Shown: one piece after another, positions 26,961 to 38,013 of the stretch | Numbering within the stretch: the first letter of the stretch is position 1 | Layout of the letters: each line of letters opens with the position of its first letter | Origin: Octopus bimaculoides | Lineage: Eukaryota | Assembly: GCF_001194135.2 (NCBI RefSeq) | Contig: NC_068995.1 | Span: 4,741,973-4,805,972 of the forward strand | Length of the DNA stretch: 64,000 nucleotides | Direction: 5' to 3' | Position numbers and translations under genes: made by a program | The notes under the pieces: generated by a model | Database searches by the model: none | What the model was told of the DNA's origin: nothing | Seen by the model: the letters and a program-made list of their open reading frames with translations, nothing else

Positions 26961-27215
26961 ATAATAAATAAATGCGCCCTTTTAAAGCCTAGCCAGGCTC
27001 ATGGGCCCGGTTTCTATGGTGTATTTGTTCCCCAGCTGGACGGGATGCCAGTCCATCGCAGCGTTACTCATTTTTGCCAGCTGAGTTGACCGGAGCAATG
27101 TGAAATGAAGTGTTTTGCTCAAGAACACAACGCGTCGCCCAGTCCAGGATTCGAAAACACACTCTTACGATCATGATGCTGACACCCTAACCACTCAGCC
27201 ACGCGCCTCCACTAC
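26961..27215 (-). mobile_element. Full-length family-C-related SINE with target-site duplication
   Basis: Flanked by an 11-bp direct repeat GGCAGTGAATA (26950-26960 and 27216-27226); simple (TTA)-type tail. Confidence 0.9.
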
Positions 27216-28194
27216 GGCAGTGAATAGCGAAAGTAAATTGTCCTAAAAATAACAGAATTCTATTGCAACAGAAACTGAAATTGACAACTGTGGTATCCCT
27301 TAATTTCATGCGAACAATGTATGTGACATAAGCAATGTATAGAACGAATATATATTTTCATTTCTTTATTGTCCATAGGGGGCTAACCATAGAGGGGACA
27401 AACAAGGACAGACAAAGGGATTAAATTGATTACATTGACCCTAGTGTGTAACTGGTACTTATTTAATTGATCCCGGAAGGATGAAAGGCAAAGTCGACCT
27501 AAGCGAAATTTGAACTCTGAACATAATGGCAGACGATTTACCACTAAGCATTTCGCTCAGCATGCTAACATTTCAGCTAGCTTGACGAATATATATATAT
27601 TGAATATAACATGAAAAACTTACATATATTTTATATAAGATGAAAACAATCATACAACTCAATAATGTTCATTGCTGGGTGTAGTACAAGGAAATGGTGT
27701 ACCTCAGCTACTATTTCTGAAATACTTAACATATCACAAGAAGGATACTAAACTTGGTGCCTGTGGCCATTGCATAATGAGGGAGCTTTTTTGTGTATTT
27801 TATGAAATTTACTTTCACTTTTTCAACAATTTACTCTCCCCTTTTTTTTTTCACCATAATCACTTCAATGTTAATATAAAATAGAACATCAAAAATCACT
27901 AGAGCAGAAATAATCGACTCTCTTGTCCCCTGTCTCCTGTCACCATGTTTGCATGTGTAACACAGTAGGAGATCGATAACCAAATAACAAGCATGGATGT
28001 CATCTAATATCTATGACTTATTTCTCTAATGGAGGTTCTTTTCACTTTAAAAGATAAGATAAATAACAAGCGTCAATGGATAATTGATTTCACGAGAAAA
28101 TAAATACGTCCATGGATCGATAAAACACGAGGTAGGTTGGGTTGGTTTGGAGAAAAAAAAATTAAATTAAAGTAATCCTTCGGTATTGGTATAC

Positions 28195-28410
28195 AAAGGT
28201 GGCGAGCTGGCGAAAACGTTAGCATGCCAGCCAAAATGCGTACCGGGATTTCGTCTGTCTTTATGTTCTGAGTTCAAATTCCTCCGAGGTTAACTTTGCT
28301 TTTTATCCTTTTGGGGTGGATAAATTAAGTACCAGTTGCGTACTGGAAACGATCTAATTGACTGACCCCTTCCCCAAAGATTTCAGGCCTAGTACCTAGA
28401 GCAGAAAATA
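28195..28410 (+). mobile_element. SINE family B (GGCGAGCTGGC…GCCTTTCATCCTTTCGGGGTCGATAAA)
   Basis: Recurrent; copies at about 25575-25860, 27365-27590 (-), 38290-38390, 44205-44410, 44540-44860, 58000-58095 (-), 58135-58290, 62115-62330 (-). Confidence 0.85.
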
Positions 28411-28498
28411 TTAATAGACAACGTCGTTAATCCTCTTTTTCAGCCTAACCTCTTTATTTACGTCAGGAGAGAACGTTGTGTGCGTGAACGACGTGATA

Positions 28499-28803
28499 CG
28501 GTACGAGTCCAAAATATCGGCCTTTTCCGTAAAAAGTGTCTTCGGCGATCTTTACCAAAGATCGGCCTTTTCCGTAACACCCGCACGATCTTCATTACGG
28601 TGTTAGGGTTAGTAGGGTTTTAATGTCAGGGTTAGGGTTAGGGACGGAACTCCCTAACCGATCGCGCTTTCTGTATCTCTTTCGCTTTTAATGACATTGT
28701 TTCTCTGTTTCTCTCCATCACTTATTACGGAAAAGGCCGATCTTTGGTAAAGATCGCCCTAGACAATTTTTACGGAAAAGGCCGATATTTTTGACTCGTA
28801 CCG
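28499..28803. mobile_element. Palindromic MITE with about 70-bp TIRs, TA flanks and a central TTAGGG tract
   Basis: TA|CGGTACGAGTCCAAAATATCGGCCTTTTCCGTAAAAA … TTTTTACGGAAAAGGCCGATATTTTTGACTCGTACCG|TA; two subterminal ATCGGCCTTTTCCGTAA repeats per arm. Confidence 0.88.
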
Positions 28804-30133
28804 TAATATCAAAAAAAATATTCTAAGGGGAACAACTTAGTCTCTCTTATTAATTCAATCTTCGGCATTTGGTTTTGTGGATAAAAAAGATGCTATCTTT
28901 ATAAATATAATTCTTATTTTCATAAAATTTTTAAATAGTTATTTGAAACTAGTTTATCTATAGTAAATTAAATATTATTTTTATAGATTAAGCATTTTTT
29001 GGTTTCAAATTTTCAGTTCTTTAAATTCGAAGTTTTTGCTAAATTCTAAGCCCATCATTGATGGCCAATTTTTACAATAGAATGTCTTATATAATTTTTT
29101 GTTTATTCCACGTCAGACCATGCCTTCCCCGACAGATAGGCCTTTTGAACAGGATAAATTTGTGCAATTTTTCGCAAAATAAAACTTCGTTGAGGTGTTT
29201 TTTCCTTTTAAAATCATTTACATGTCTGTTCGACCGATTCATATGACTTTATTCACTAGAATTTATTAAAACTTCAGAAGTTCTTACAACTTTGGTCGTC
29301 GTAATGCTTAGCTTTCGTTTATTTAATAAAAATTCCCCTTCCTAATGATTTTGCATCCATTCTGTGATAGCTATCATGCAGAAAATGCCAGCTTTCAAAT
29401 CCTGTTTTGTGATTAGGTAAAATTGATTAAACTTTAAACCTCAATAACATTTTAGTGCAATTTTTCGGGAACAAATAACTAACAAAATCGGATTTAATGT
29501 GGAAAATAATTTCAATACACCAAATTTGAAAATTTTGACGTAATTTTAAAATTTCACAGTATGTGACAGCAACAGGAAAGACCTTAAAATATAGACAGTT
29601 ATAGGGACGTTATACACACACACACGCGCCGAAGGAGATAATCTATTAGTGACATCAGATCTTATGAATAAGATGAAAACGACCTGTTGTCTCTAAAGTG
29701 TCCAAAATTTGATAAAATTGTTCTCAGAAGGGATATAAAGAATTTTGTTTTTAATAACTCATTCTTGAATTGCCCCCTTTCTCTATTGGGGTACTAAACA
29801 TTGTGTACAAAAGGTATAAAAATTCGGTACAACCCTACGCATGTCCTACGTTGGGAATCACGGGTTTAAGGTTAGGGTCTGGGGTTAGGGCTATGCAGGT
29901 GCGCCGGGACATCTGTATTTAAGTAGTACCAAATTTCTACGTGTTTTTCCTCATAAGAACTCCGAAAAACGTGAAACGTGGAGAAATTGGGTGAGATGGG
30001 GGTATAATTGAAATTTTGAAATGTCGATTTTTGCCAAGGGTATCGGGTGGTGTCGAGTTGGAGAAAAAGAGGTACCCCAATAGAAAGTTTAAACATTTAC
30101 GTGTTCAAATAGGTAAGCAATATAGATTTTGAA

Positions 30134-30274
30134 GGTACTACTAAAGCAGCACGGTCCCGAACGCGCAGTCGCGCGTCCGCGCTAGCTAGTCGTGAGTGGT
30201 CGATCCTAACCCTAACCCTAAACACGTATTCATTTGCACACGCGCGTTCGGGCCCGTGCTGCTTTAGTAGTACC
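30134..30274. mobile_element. Merlin-type MITE (141 bp) with a 9-bp TSD
   Basis: TIR GGTACTACTAAAGCAGCACGG / CCGTGCTGCTTTAGTAGTACC; GATTTTGAA duplicated at 30125-30133 and 30275-30283. GG-starting TIRs and 8-9-bp TSDs are Merlin features. Confidence 0.85.
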
Positions 30275-31969
30275 GATTTTGAACTCATACAAATGCGCGA
30301 TTCATATTAATTGTAAATTTCGAGTTTCATTTTGTAGAAAAAAGCACTTTCAGTTACAAAAAGAAAAGAAAAAAAGTGAAACACTTTCATTTCACTTTTT
30401 GTCACAGTAAACCTCATTTTCGAGAAATTTCTCTGAAAGACATCTTTGCAGAAAGGTGAGTAGATTGATTACATATTTCTTTTATTATTCTGAAATTTTG
30501 AAATGCCAATTTTCTTTCACGGATCCGGAATCTCCGGAGCCGAAAACGTGGGTGTTGTAAAAAAAAAAAAAAAACGGAAGTGGGTGTGCTGTTTCTAAGA
30601 AAACAAGGGTCTGTTTTTTTTTTAGAAATAAAGAGAGAGAGAGAGAGAGTGCTCTTAAGTCATTCTTCAAATTTTCCAGGCAAAGAAAGGTCGCATGCAA
30701 CGCGTGTCTCATCGAAAACCAGAAACACTGGAAGCGGTAATAATTTAAAGGTATTTTAGAGATAATTTATTTTAACATAATTTTCTGTTAGTAAATGTTT
30801 TTTTTTCTTACACAAACACGCAAGATGCGATAATGGCAAGTTTTGGAATTTAGGGTATGGAGTAAATTATTAAAAGAAAAAAAATTATTGGATAATCGTA
30901 TATACTACACGGGCACAAATTGTACCGATAACCAAGTGAAAAGATGCTTTCCTGAGGCTAACTAATATTAACATTGTCTTTGTATAAGACTGCCACATTA
31001 TGTTGGCAAATAAACTTTCCTAATCGTATTAATTCCATTGTGAAAACCAAGCGTTAAAAAAATCGAAAAACAGTGAAAAGTTTTGGAATTAAAGGAGTAG
31101 AGGGGAATAGTCATTTTTTTTTCAATAGGGTAATCGTATTTATTCTATTATGCTGATCGAAAAAAATTATCAAAAATAAAAAAAAGTTGCGAAGGGTTTT
31201 AGCACGTGAGAAATTAATTTCTCTTTCAAAGGGAGATTGGCATTATCTTTTTAATTTAATGTATCTAGACATTACATTGTCACAAAACTGCTAAAACTTT
31301 ACTAACATGATCGATAAATGACTAAACCTGGATTTAATTGTATTTTATACAACCTTAGCTATCAATAGATAAATGCAAACTTTTATGTGTACATCTTTAT
31401 AAATATTTCTCATGTGCGATGACTACAACAAACGCGTGCGCGCGCAAGATTCTTTGGGTTTTAACCATAGCTGAAGTCCGCCGCATGTTTTTCTTTTGGA
31501 ATTGATAAAGATTTGTAAAAGTAACTTTTTGCGCACACACATTCTCTCTCTCTCTCTCTCTCTAGGTCAGGAGTCGCCAAATTTTTTCGACCATCGATCC
31601 CGTTTAACCACGTCTTCGTCATCGACCCCTTTTTAGCCACTTCATCTTCTGCACCGACCATTCTTGTGAACGTGTTTGGTAGACGGAAACTGAAAGAAGC
31701 CTATATATATATGTGTGTGTTTGTGTATTATGTCTGTGTTTTTCCCTCCTCTATCACTTGACAACCGATGTTGGTGTTTACGTCCCCCGTAATTTAGCGG
31801 TTCGACGAAAGAAACCGATAGAATAAGTACTAGGCTTACAAAAAATAAGCCTTGGAGTCGATTTGGTCGACTAAAGGCGGTGCTCCAACATGGCCGCAAT
31901 CAAAATGACTTGAAACAAGTAAAAGAAAAAAAATGCTGGCTTAACCCTAACCCCAACCCNNNNNNNNNN

Positions 31970-32105
31970 AATCGTCTGGTACAGGTGCTTTGTTATGCGG
32001 TGTAGCAGGAAAAGCTGTCCCTACTATAAAAATCGAATCCTCTTGCTCTGGCCGTCTGTCTCTTGTGGTTTGCTTAGAGATACTTGTATTTATTAGAATG
32101 CAGAC
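31970..32105 (-). other. Intronless (spliced) copy of gene X exons 23452-23518 and 22413-22481
   Basis: 31970-32038 = 22413-22481 (one T>C difference); 32039-32105 = 23452-23518; the junctions fall exactly at the GT/AG boundaries of the genomic exons; abuts an N gap at 31960-31969. Confidence 0.92.
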
Positions 32106-32230
32106 CTGTTATTTCTAGCACATGTCACGGCTGCCTGTTGCCCTCCTTGTTTCTTTCTCGCTTTGCCATATTGATGTTTTTCAATATAGTTCACCACATA
32201 GACATTGCTTGTATTTAAGCAAAAAATTCG
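32106..32230 (-). other. Gene X putative first (non-coding) exon; 5' boundary approximate
   Basis: Ends in …AACAG at 32106, joined directly to a copy of exon 23452-23518; stop codons in the frame of the downstream exons. Confidence 0.55.
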
Positions 32231-32647
32231 GATTGTCAGTATCGTAAACAATGATTTTTTTTAAAAAACAAATCTGAAAAATGTAATTTTAACTAATCGG
32301 TCGCCTCTCGATGCGGTCCGTTTTTTTGAAAAAAGGTTGCCTGAGCCTGGTGTAAGTTGTGAATAGGAACTTAACTGCTATTTCTAGTACATCGAGCAAC
32401 CAGTTAGTGGATCAATATAAAGGGGAGTAACTCTGTTATTACAGTTTCCATGAGCTTTCCCAGAATGCATCATTCTTTTCGGCGCGAAACTTGAGTTCGT
32501 CTTCCGATCAGTTTAAATGGAAGACATCAAACAACGATACATCGTATAAAATATCTCAAGCATCACGGAAAATAGAGATAATCTGAGTGACGTAGGAGTA
32601 AATCATCAGCTTATAACACAGATATTTATTTATATTTGTGTTTATTA
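32230..32647. promoter_or_regulatory. Putative bidirectional promoter of DONSON and gene X, with an E2F-like site GGCGCGAAA at 32481-32489
   Basis: About 400 bp separate two divergent first exons; locally CpG-richer; TTTCGCGCC E2F consensus on the - strand. TSS positions unknown. Confidence 0.5.
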
Positions 32648-32944
32648 ATGGCAGAGACATCGCCGAATTGGAAGAAACCTTCGGAGGTGATGAAGTTGAG
32701 AAGGAAGAAAAAACGGTTATTAGAAAATGAGAATTCTTCATTAAGGAAAAGATTAAAGCTGGATGATTTATCTAACAGAAACGACCAGATTTCACCTTGT
32801 GCCAGTCTTTCTTCGTTCTATCAACATAAGAATCCTTTTAGAAGAAATCATTCCACACCAGTTCGAACCATTTCTTCGACAACGGAAGAAATTCGACCGA
32901 AAACAAATTCTATTCGACTTTTCGATACTTTAGATACTTCTGAG
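32648..32944 (+). CDS. DONSON: DONSON exon 1 (MAETSPNWKKPSEVMKLRRKKKRLL...DTSE)
   Basis: ATG at 32648; open frame to the GAG|GTAAGG donor; 99 codons, phase 0; basic NLS-like N-terminus; joins in frame to conserved downstream exons. Confidence 0.85.
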
Positions 32945-33689
32945 GTAAGGAAAAATCTTATTTAGGTCTGCTCCTTAATTGCTTTTTGCTTCGTTGTCTT
33001 TTTATATAGACTAATTGTGGGTGTTTATGAATTCTTGTTAATAAAAGACTTGGTGTCTCGAAGAATGGTAGATTCGGACTCCGTATTTTAAAACAACGAA
33101 TTAGATTTTAAAGGCGGTGCTGCAGTATGGCCACAGTCAAATGACGGAAACAAGTATAAAGAGTAATCGTATTAATTCTTCTTTATGCAGAAGACCGAAT
33201 CGAAAAAAATATCGTTAAAATTCCCTAATATACAAATTAAGGGCTTTTAGCCCGTGTTTGCTTTTATTTAAATGAGTTTCCCCTCGGACCTAGGGATATT
33301 GAGGGGTTTTTTTTAAACAAGCTAAATAAGACACAAAGTAAATAATTTGTACTCGTGACCTCCACTCGTGACTGTTTCCTCTTAGATTTCAGAAAATGGA
33401 TTTTTTTTTTTTTTAAATTGAAATTTTCGACATACATGCTTTAGATAATGTGGATTCTAATTAAAGCGGGATTTGTTTTAAAAAGAAAGGGTTTTCTTGT
33501 AGTCGGGCATCGGTGTTATCGAAGATTCACATGAATCTGCCTTCAGATGCTTTTTATTTATTTTGTAACGAAGTTTCCTACAGTTGCCTCTTTGACTGTG
33601 CTGAATACGATTCTATCGGAATTTAATGTGGGGAGAAGAGGGGAAGAAAAAGAAATTAACTCGAACTAGTCGGTCCTAGTATCAGTTCA

Positions 33690-34107
33690 TGTAGGACATT
33701 GTGTAACCCCTACCAAATTGGTGGACTTGGGCACATCGCAGAAATAGATGAATCTGTGATGTGCAAATGGAGAAGATAAAAATAGGTTTTTAGTATTTTG
33801 ACCGTTCTTCTGAAGCTCTTCTACTACTTAGTTAAAAACTTTATCCAACCATGGACGACTTTATATTCTGATTGTTGAAGTGCGTACAATGAATGGGATT
33901 ACTGAAATAGATGTGACACCAAAGTACACCCTGGAAGAACGTAAAACGACGTTCTATGAGTAAGATGGGGGAAGATTCAACAAAACAAAATTATTTACTT
34001 TGTTTACATGTTTTGCGCATTCGCGCTAGATAGTCGTTGTAGGATCGACTAGTCACGACTAGCTTGTTCGTGTGCGCGCACCGGGGCCACTCTTCTTGAA
34101 TAGTACC
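33690..34107 (+). mobile_element. Internally deleted Merlin element in DONSON intron 1
   Basis: IGGLGHIAEIDESVMCKWR and NFIQPWTTLYSDC*SAYN match the IS1595/Merlin DDE motifs; the right end TAGTACC and its subterminal sequence resemble the 30134 MITE. Confidence 0.75.
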
Positions 34108-34415
34108 CTTTTTCTCTCTAAAAGTTATAGGGAAGCAAAGCAGACTCGTGAATTCTTACAAACCACCTGTTGAACTTTTTTTTTCTCCCATCTTAAATTC
34201 CGTTATAATTGTAATCTACACGACAGGTATTTGTAGAAAATTTTTAGAAGTTAATTCGTGTTAAGATTGTATTTAGGTAATTTTAGCTTTCTTTAACTGA
34301 ATGAATATACGTTGACTGGCTGGAATTAACTCAAATATGACAACTTTGTTATCGCAGTTTTGTGAGGTTTGGCTTTTATTTCTAGCAAGTAAATAGCCTG
34401 CTTGGGGTGGGGGTG

Positions 34416-34449
<34 letters not shown>

Positions 34450-34670
34450 AAATTTTACTTTTTACTTTTTTTTTTTTCCTTCAGAATCATAATCTCCGTA
34501 TTTTATACGTATTTCGTTACAAAAATTTTTCCTGAAAAATGAAGAAATAGGGGAGGGGGAATTGAATTTTTAAAAATATTTTTTCATAATCGAAATCTTC
34601 ATAGCCTAAAACGTGACATTACTGGTACTTATTTTTTTTAGCTCCTTTTGTAAAACTTTTTTTTTTCCAG

Positions 34671-34778
34671 ACAAATAATGTTAAAGATTTCAGAAGCAAA
34701 ACTACCGACCATGGCATTCACCATTTACTTTCCAAAGATTCCTGCAAAGCGAAGAGAAATGAAGACTGTGCTGAACGG
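34671..34778 (+). CDS. DONSON: DONSON exon 2 (TNNVKDFRSK...DCAER)
   Basis: Polypyrimidine ttttttccag acceptor; CGG|GTTTGT donor; 36 open codons, phase 0/0. Lies in the poorly conserved N-terminal region, so support comes from splice signals and phase only. Confidence 0.7.
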
Positions 34779-35723
34779 GTTTGTTGCTATTTGTCTCTCA
34801 ACCACAGTAATTTCTGCTGTACTGCAATGAACGAATGGCTAAGCCAATCTTGGTTTAAAGGGTCATGAATCAGTAAATACCATAGGCAATGGGTTTACCT
34901 GTCAACTTCAAGGTTTCAGGTTCAGTTCCATTGCTTGGCACCTTGGCCAAGTGTCTTCTGGGTGGATTTGATTGGCAGAAGCTGAAAGAATGGTGTGTGT
35001 GTTAATATATTATATAAATGTGTGTGTGTGAGGCTGCATGGCCTAGTAGTTAGGGTGTTGTACTCGTGGTGTCAATTCCTAGACCAGCTGGTGCGTTGTG
35101 GTCTTGAGCAAAACACTTCATTTCATGCTGCTCTGTCGTGTGGTACGGTGTGCACCTGTTCAGGCAATGTTGATTTGATTGGAGAGAGAGGGTGAGCTAT
35201 TTGTGCAGGTTATTGGGGTAAAAAGCTGAACTCTCATACATTGTCTTTGATTATTCTGTTTCTCTCTCTCTCTCAAATATGAAAGGTTTTCAATTTCTGT
35301 TTACCAAATCCATTTGCAGGGTTTTAATCGACCTAAAGTTGACCCTTGTACCATCTGGTTGGGAAGCAAACTTCTTACCTCACAGCAAGACTATAAAAAC
35401 AAATGTTTTTATTTTGATACAGGCTGGGTGTAATATGATGCAGTGCTTTACAAGATGCCCTTTTTGTTGACCCTCCCCAACACCATGCAGGAATATAATG
35501 CACCTAGTCTACAAGCCGGTGATTTATTGACACATGTATTGCATGACAGTTTTTCAGTTTTCATTCGCATTGATAAACCTGAAGCTGTGGCAGGAAAAAT
35601 GTCCTTGCCCAAGGTCCTTTCCTATGACATTGAATTCAGAACCATGTAATTTTGAATCTAAATTCTTTACAAGGATGTTATGTGAGTTACTGTGACATTG
35701 TCTTTTCATTCTCCTTTTTGCAG

Positions 35724-35918
35724 GTGTCCGATGTTTCAAATGTAACTAAAAAGGAAGATTTTTGTCAAGATATACCTTTTGATTGGAGTTTAAAACTGAA
35801 GATGCGGTTTATTTCTTTGTCTTTTGATTGGTGCAAGAATTTAAGGAGCTCCGAAGAAGCTGAAGGTGTGAGCAATTATTTAGCAAGTCAACTTCCTGAA
35901 ACGACGCCCTCTGCAAAT
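35724..35918 (+). CDS. DONSON: DONSON exon 3 (…IPFDWSLKLKMRFISLSFDWCKNLRSSEEAEGV…)
   Basis: Matches the DONSON PxDWS(I/L)K…F.W…EEA.G motif; ttttgcag acceptor; AAT|GTTAGT donor; 65 codons. Confidence 0.93.
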
Positions 35919-36547
35919 GTTAGTACCCTCCTCAAGAAGGGGGCTTATTGTTGGGTTTTCCATAGATTGTTGTCATTTTGTCCCAAACTATTCCAGTCAT
36001 GGTTTTTGCGTCTTGTATTTCTGCAACATTATTAACCAATGCAGTGGAACCTTATAGACTGATCTAATTTGTTCCTAGAGGTTATTTGTCACCAGAGATG
36101 TCTGCAAACCGAAATTGAGCAAAAGTAAAATGGCAACTAATGCTCTCTTATTGATACCCTCAGCTTGTCATCAATTATTCTTATGCAAGATACCATTCAT
36201 TTCCTAGGATGTTTTCTGGTTCATAAACTAATTGGTTTGTGATGAGAGGTGTTCGTAAACTGAGCAATGCCTGTGCGTGCATGTGTGTGTGTGTATATAT
36301 ATATATATATACATACATACATGCACACACATACGTACAGGGTTGGGGAAAGGTCACCTGACAATTAATCTAAGTTCCATAAATACTATCTGTAATTCTC
36401 AATTGGTTTGAATGGAAAAATGTCGCTCAAGGACTTCAGTTTGAACAATTTTCATGGTGTTTCATATATTTCAATGCTGTCATTAGATTTGTTCATAAAT
36501 ATATCTTGGAATTAAATGGCTTTGATTTACTATCGGGCGGCCGACTC

Positions 36548-36578
<31 letters not shown>

Positions 36579-36786
36579 GCACATGCACTGTTTGCTGGAG
36601 ACTTTCTCTATTGGTAGAGACATGGTGGGGGGTGCTTAAGGAAAGAGGATCACTTCAAATTTTCATATTATTTTTTCCCTTGGTTTTAAGCAGGAAAGTT
36701 CTTGATAGGAAAGAGCCTGCATGTTTTTTTTCATATGATCCTTTTAAATATGTAATATATATTTATATATGTTTTCTACATTTTAG

Positions 36787-36899
36787 TTGAAGAAACTTCC
36801 AGAGAATTCCTGGCGATCCCATTTTCACAGAGAGACTTTGTATTGGGTTCACCCAAATCTTCCCTGGGTGAAATTATTCCCAAGAATTACTCACGAAAA
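36787..36899 (+). CDS. DONSON: DONSON exon 4 (…TLYWVHPNLPWVKLFPRI…)
   Basis: YWVHPNLPWVKLFPRI aligns with vertebrate YWLHPALSWLPLFPRI; ttttag acceptor; AA|GTAAGA donor; phase 0/2. Confidence 0.93.
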
Positions 36900-37956
36900 G
36901 TAAGAACTTAAAAACTAGGCTTCACTCTTTGTTGTGTAGAAGCATTTGTTTGGTTAATGTGTCTGTATGTAGACAGTGTGGCCTAGTGGCTAGGGTGCTG
37001 GGTTCATGATCATGAGTATGTGGGTTCAATTCCTGGATCATGCAGCATGTTGTGTCCTTAAGCAAGGCATTTTATTTCCTGTTGCTCTAGTGATTTCAAC
37101 TGTGTGCCCAGCCAATGCGGGTGCAACTGTCTCTCTCCTTCCGACTATGACCTCCTGAATCTTCTGCTGGGTCAACTGATACTTCACAACAGCAGCAACT
37201 TGTCAACTGATGTTGGTTTGTTTACGTCCTTGTAATGTAGCAGTTTGGCAAAAGGATATCTTTGGACTAAGTATCAAGCTTATTCTACTGGGGTTGCTTG
37301 ATTTGATTAAACCCTTGGAGGCGATGCCCCAGCATGACCTTGGTCCAATGACTGAAACCAGTAAAAGAAAATGGTAAAGGATCCACCTAAATAAGGGATA
37401 GAAATGATGTCATACTGTGTTGTGTAATTGTTATTTGTGTGGATGGGTTGAAATGGAATGGGTTTTTTTTTTATCTGTAAATAGAATGTAAGTGTTTTAT
37501 AGGTGAAGAATTGTTATATACTGTCATTGTTCTTTCTTTAATGTCCCTTTTTCCACGCTGGCATGGGTTAGGCTATCCAACACCAACAGATTAGTCAAAA
37601 GGTTGCACCAAGTTTCAACGTCTGGCATGGTTTCTACTGCTGGGTGCTTTTCCCTATTGTCAGTTACATCTCAGATTATACCGAGTGCTTTTTTTTTCCC
37701 CATGTCATCAGCACTGGTGAGGTCTCCCAGTAGCTAGGAAGACTGACCCTTTAGCTGAGTGAAGCAATATGATGGGATCAAGTGTCTTGCTTAAGAGGTG
37801 AATACAAAGATAGAAATGGTTGGTGTGTAGCTGAGCGTGCTCGAGTGAGACAAATGTAAGTTGATTAGAGTTTAACGAGTTGGTGTGACTAATTAAACTT
37901 ATCACAAACTACCATATTTCCTTGTCTGTATTGTGCTGTTTGTTGTTTATTTCCAG

Positions 37957-38013
37957 ATCTTCGAACAGCATCAATCTTGGAGATCAAGTATACTCATCGC
38001 TGTTATCTGATTG
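37957..38013 (+). CDS. DONSON: DONSON exon 5 (…DQVYSSLLSDW)
   Basis: LLSDW aligns with vertebrate LMSDW; ttccag acceptor; TG|GTTTGT donor; 57 nt, phase 2/2. Confidence 0.88.

Noticed and set aside
28600-31959. Chromosome end or true interstitial telomere
   Set aside because: Only 2-4 degenerate units each, mostly inside MITEs, with genes on both sides.
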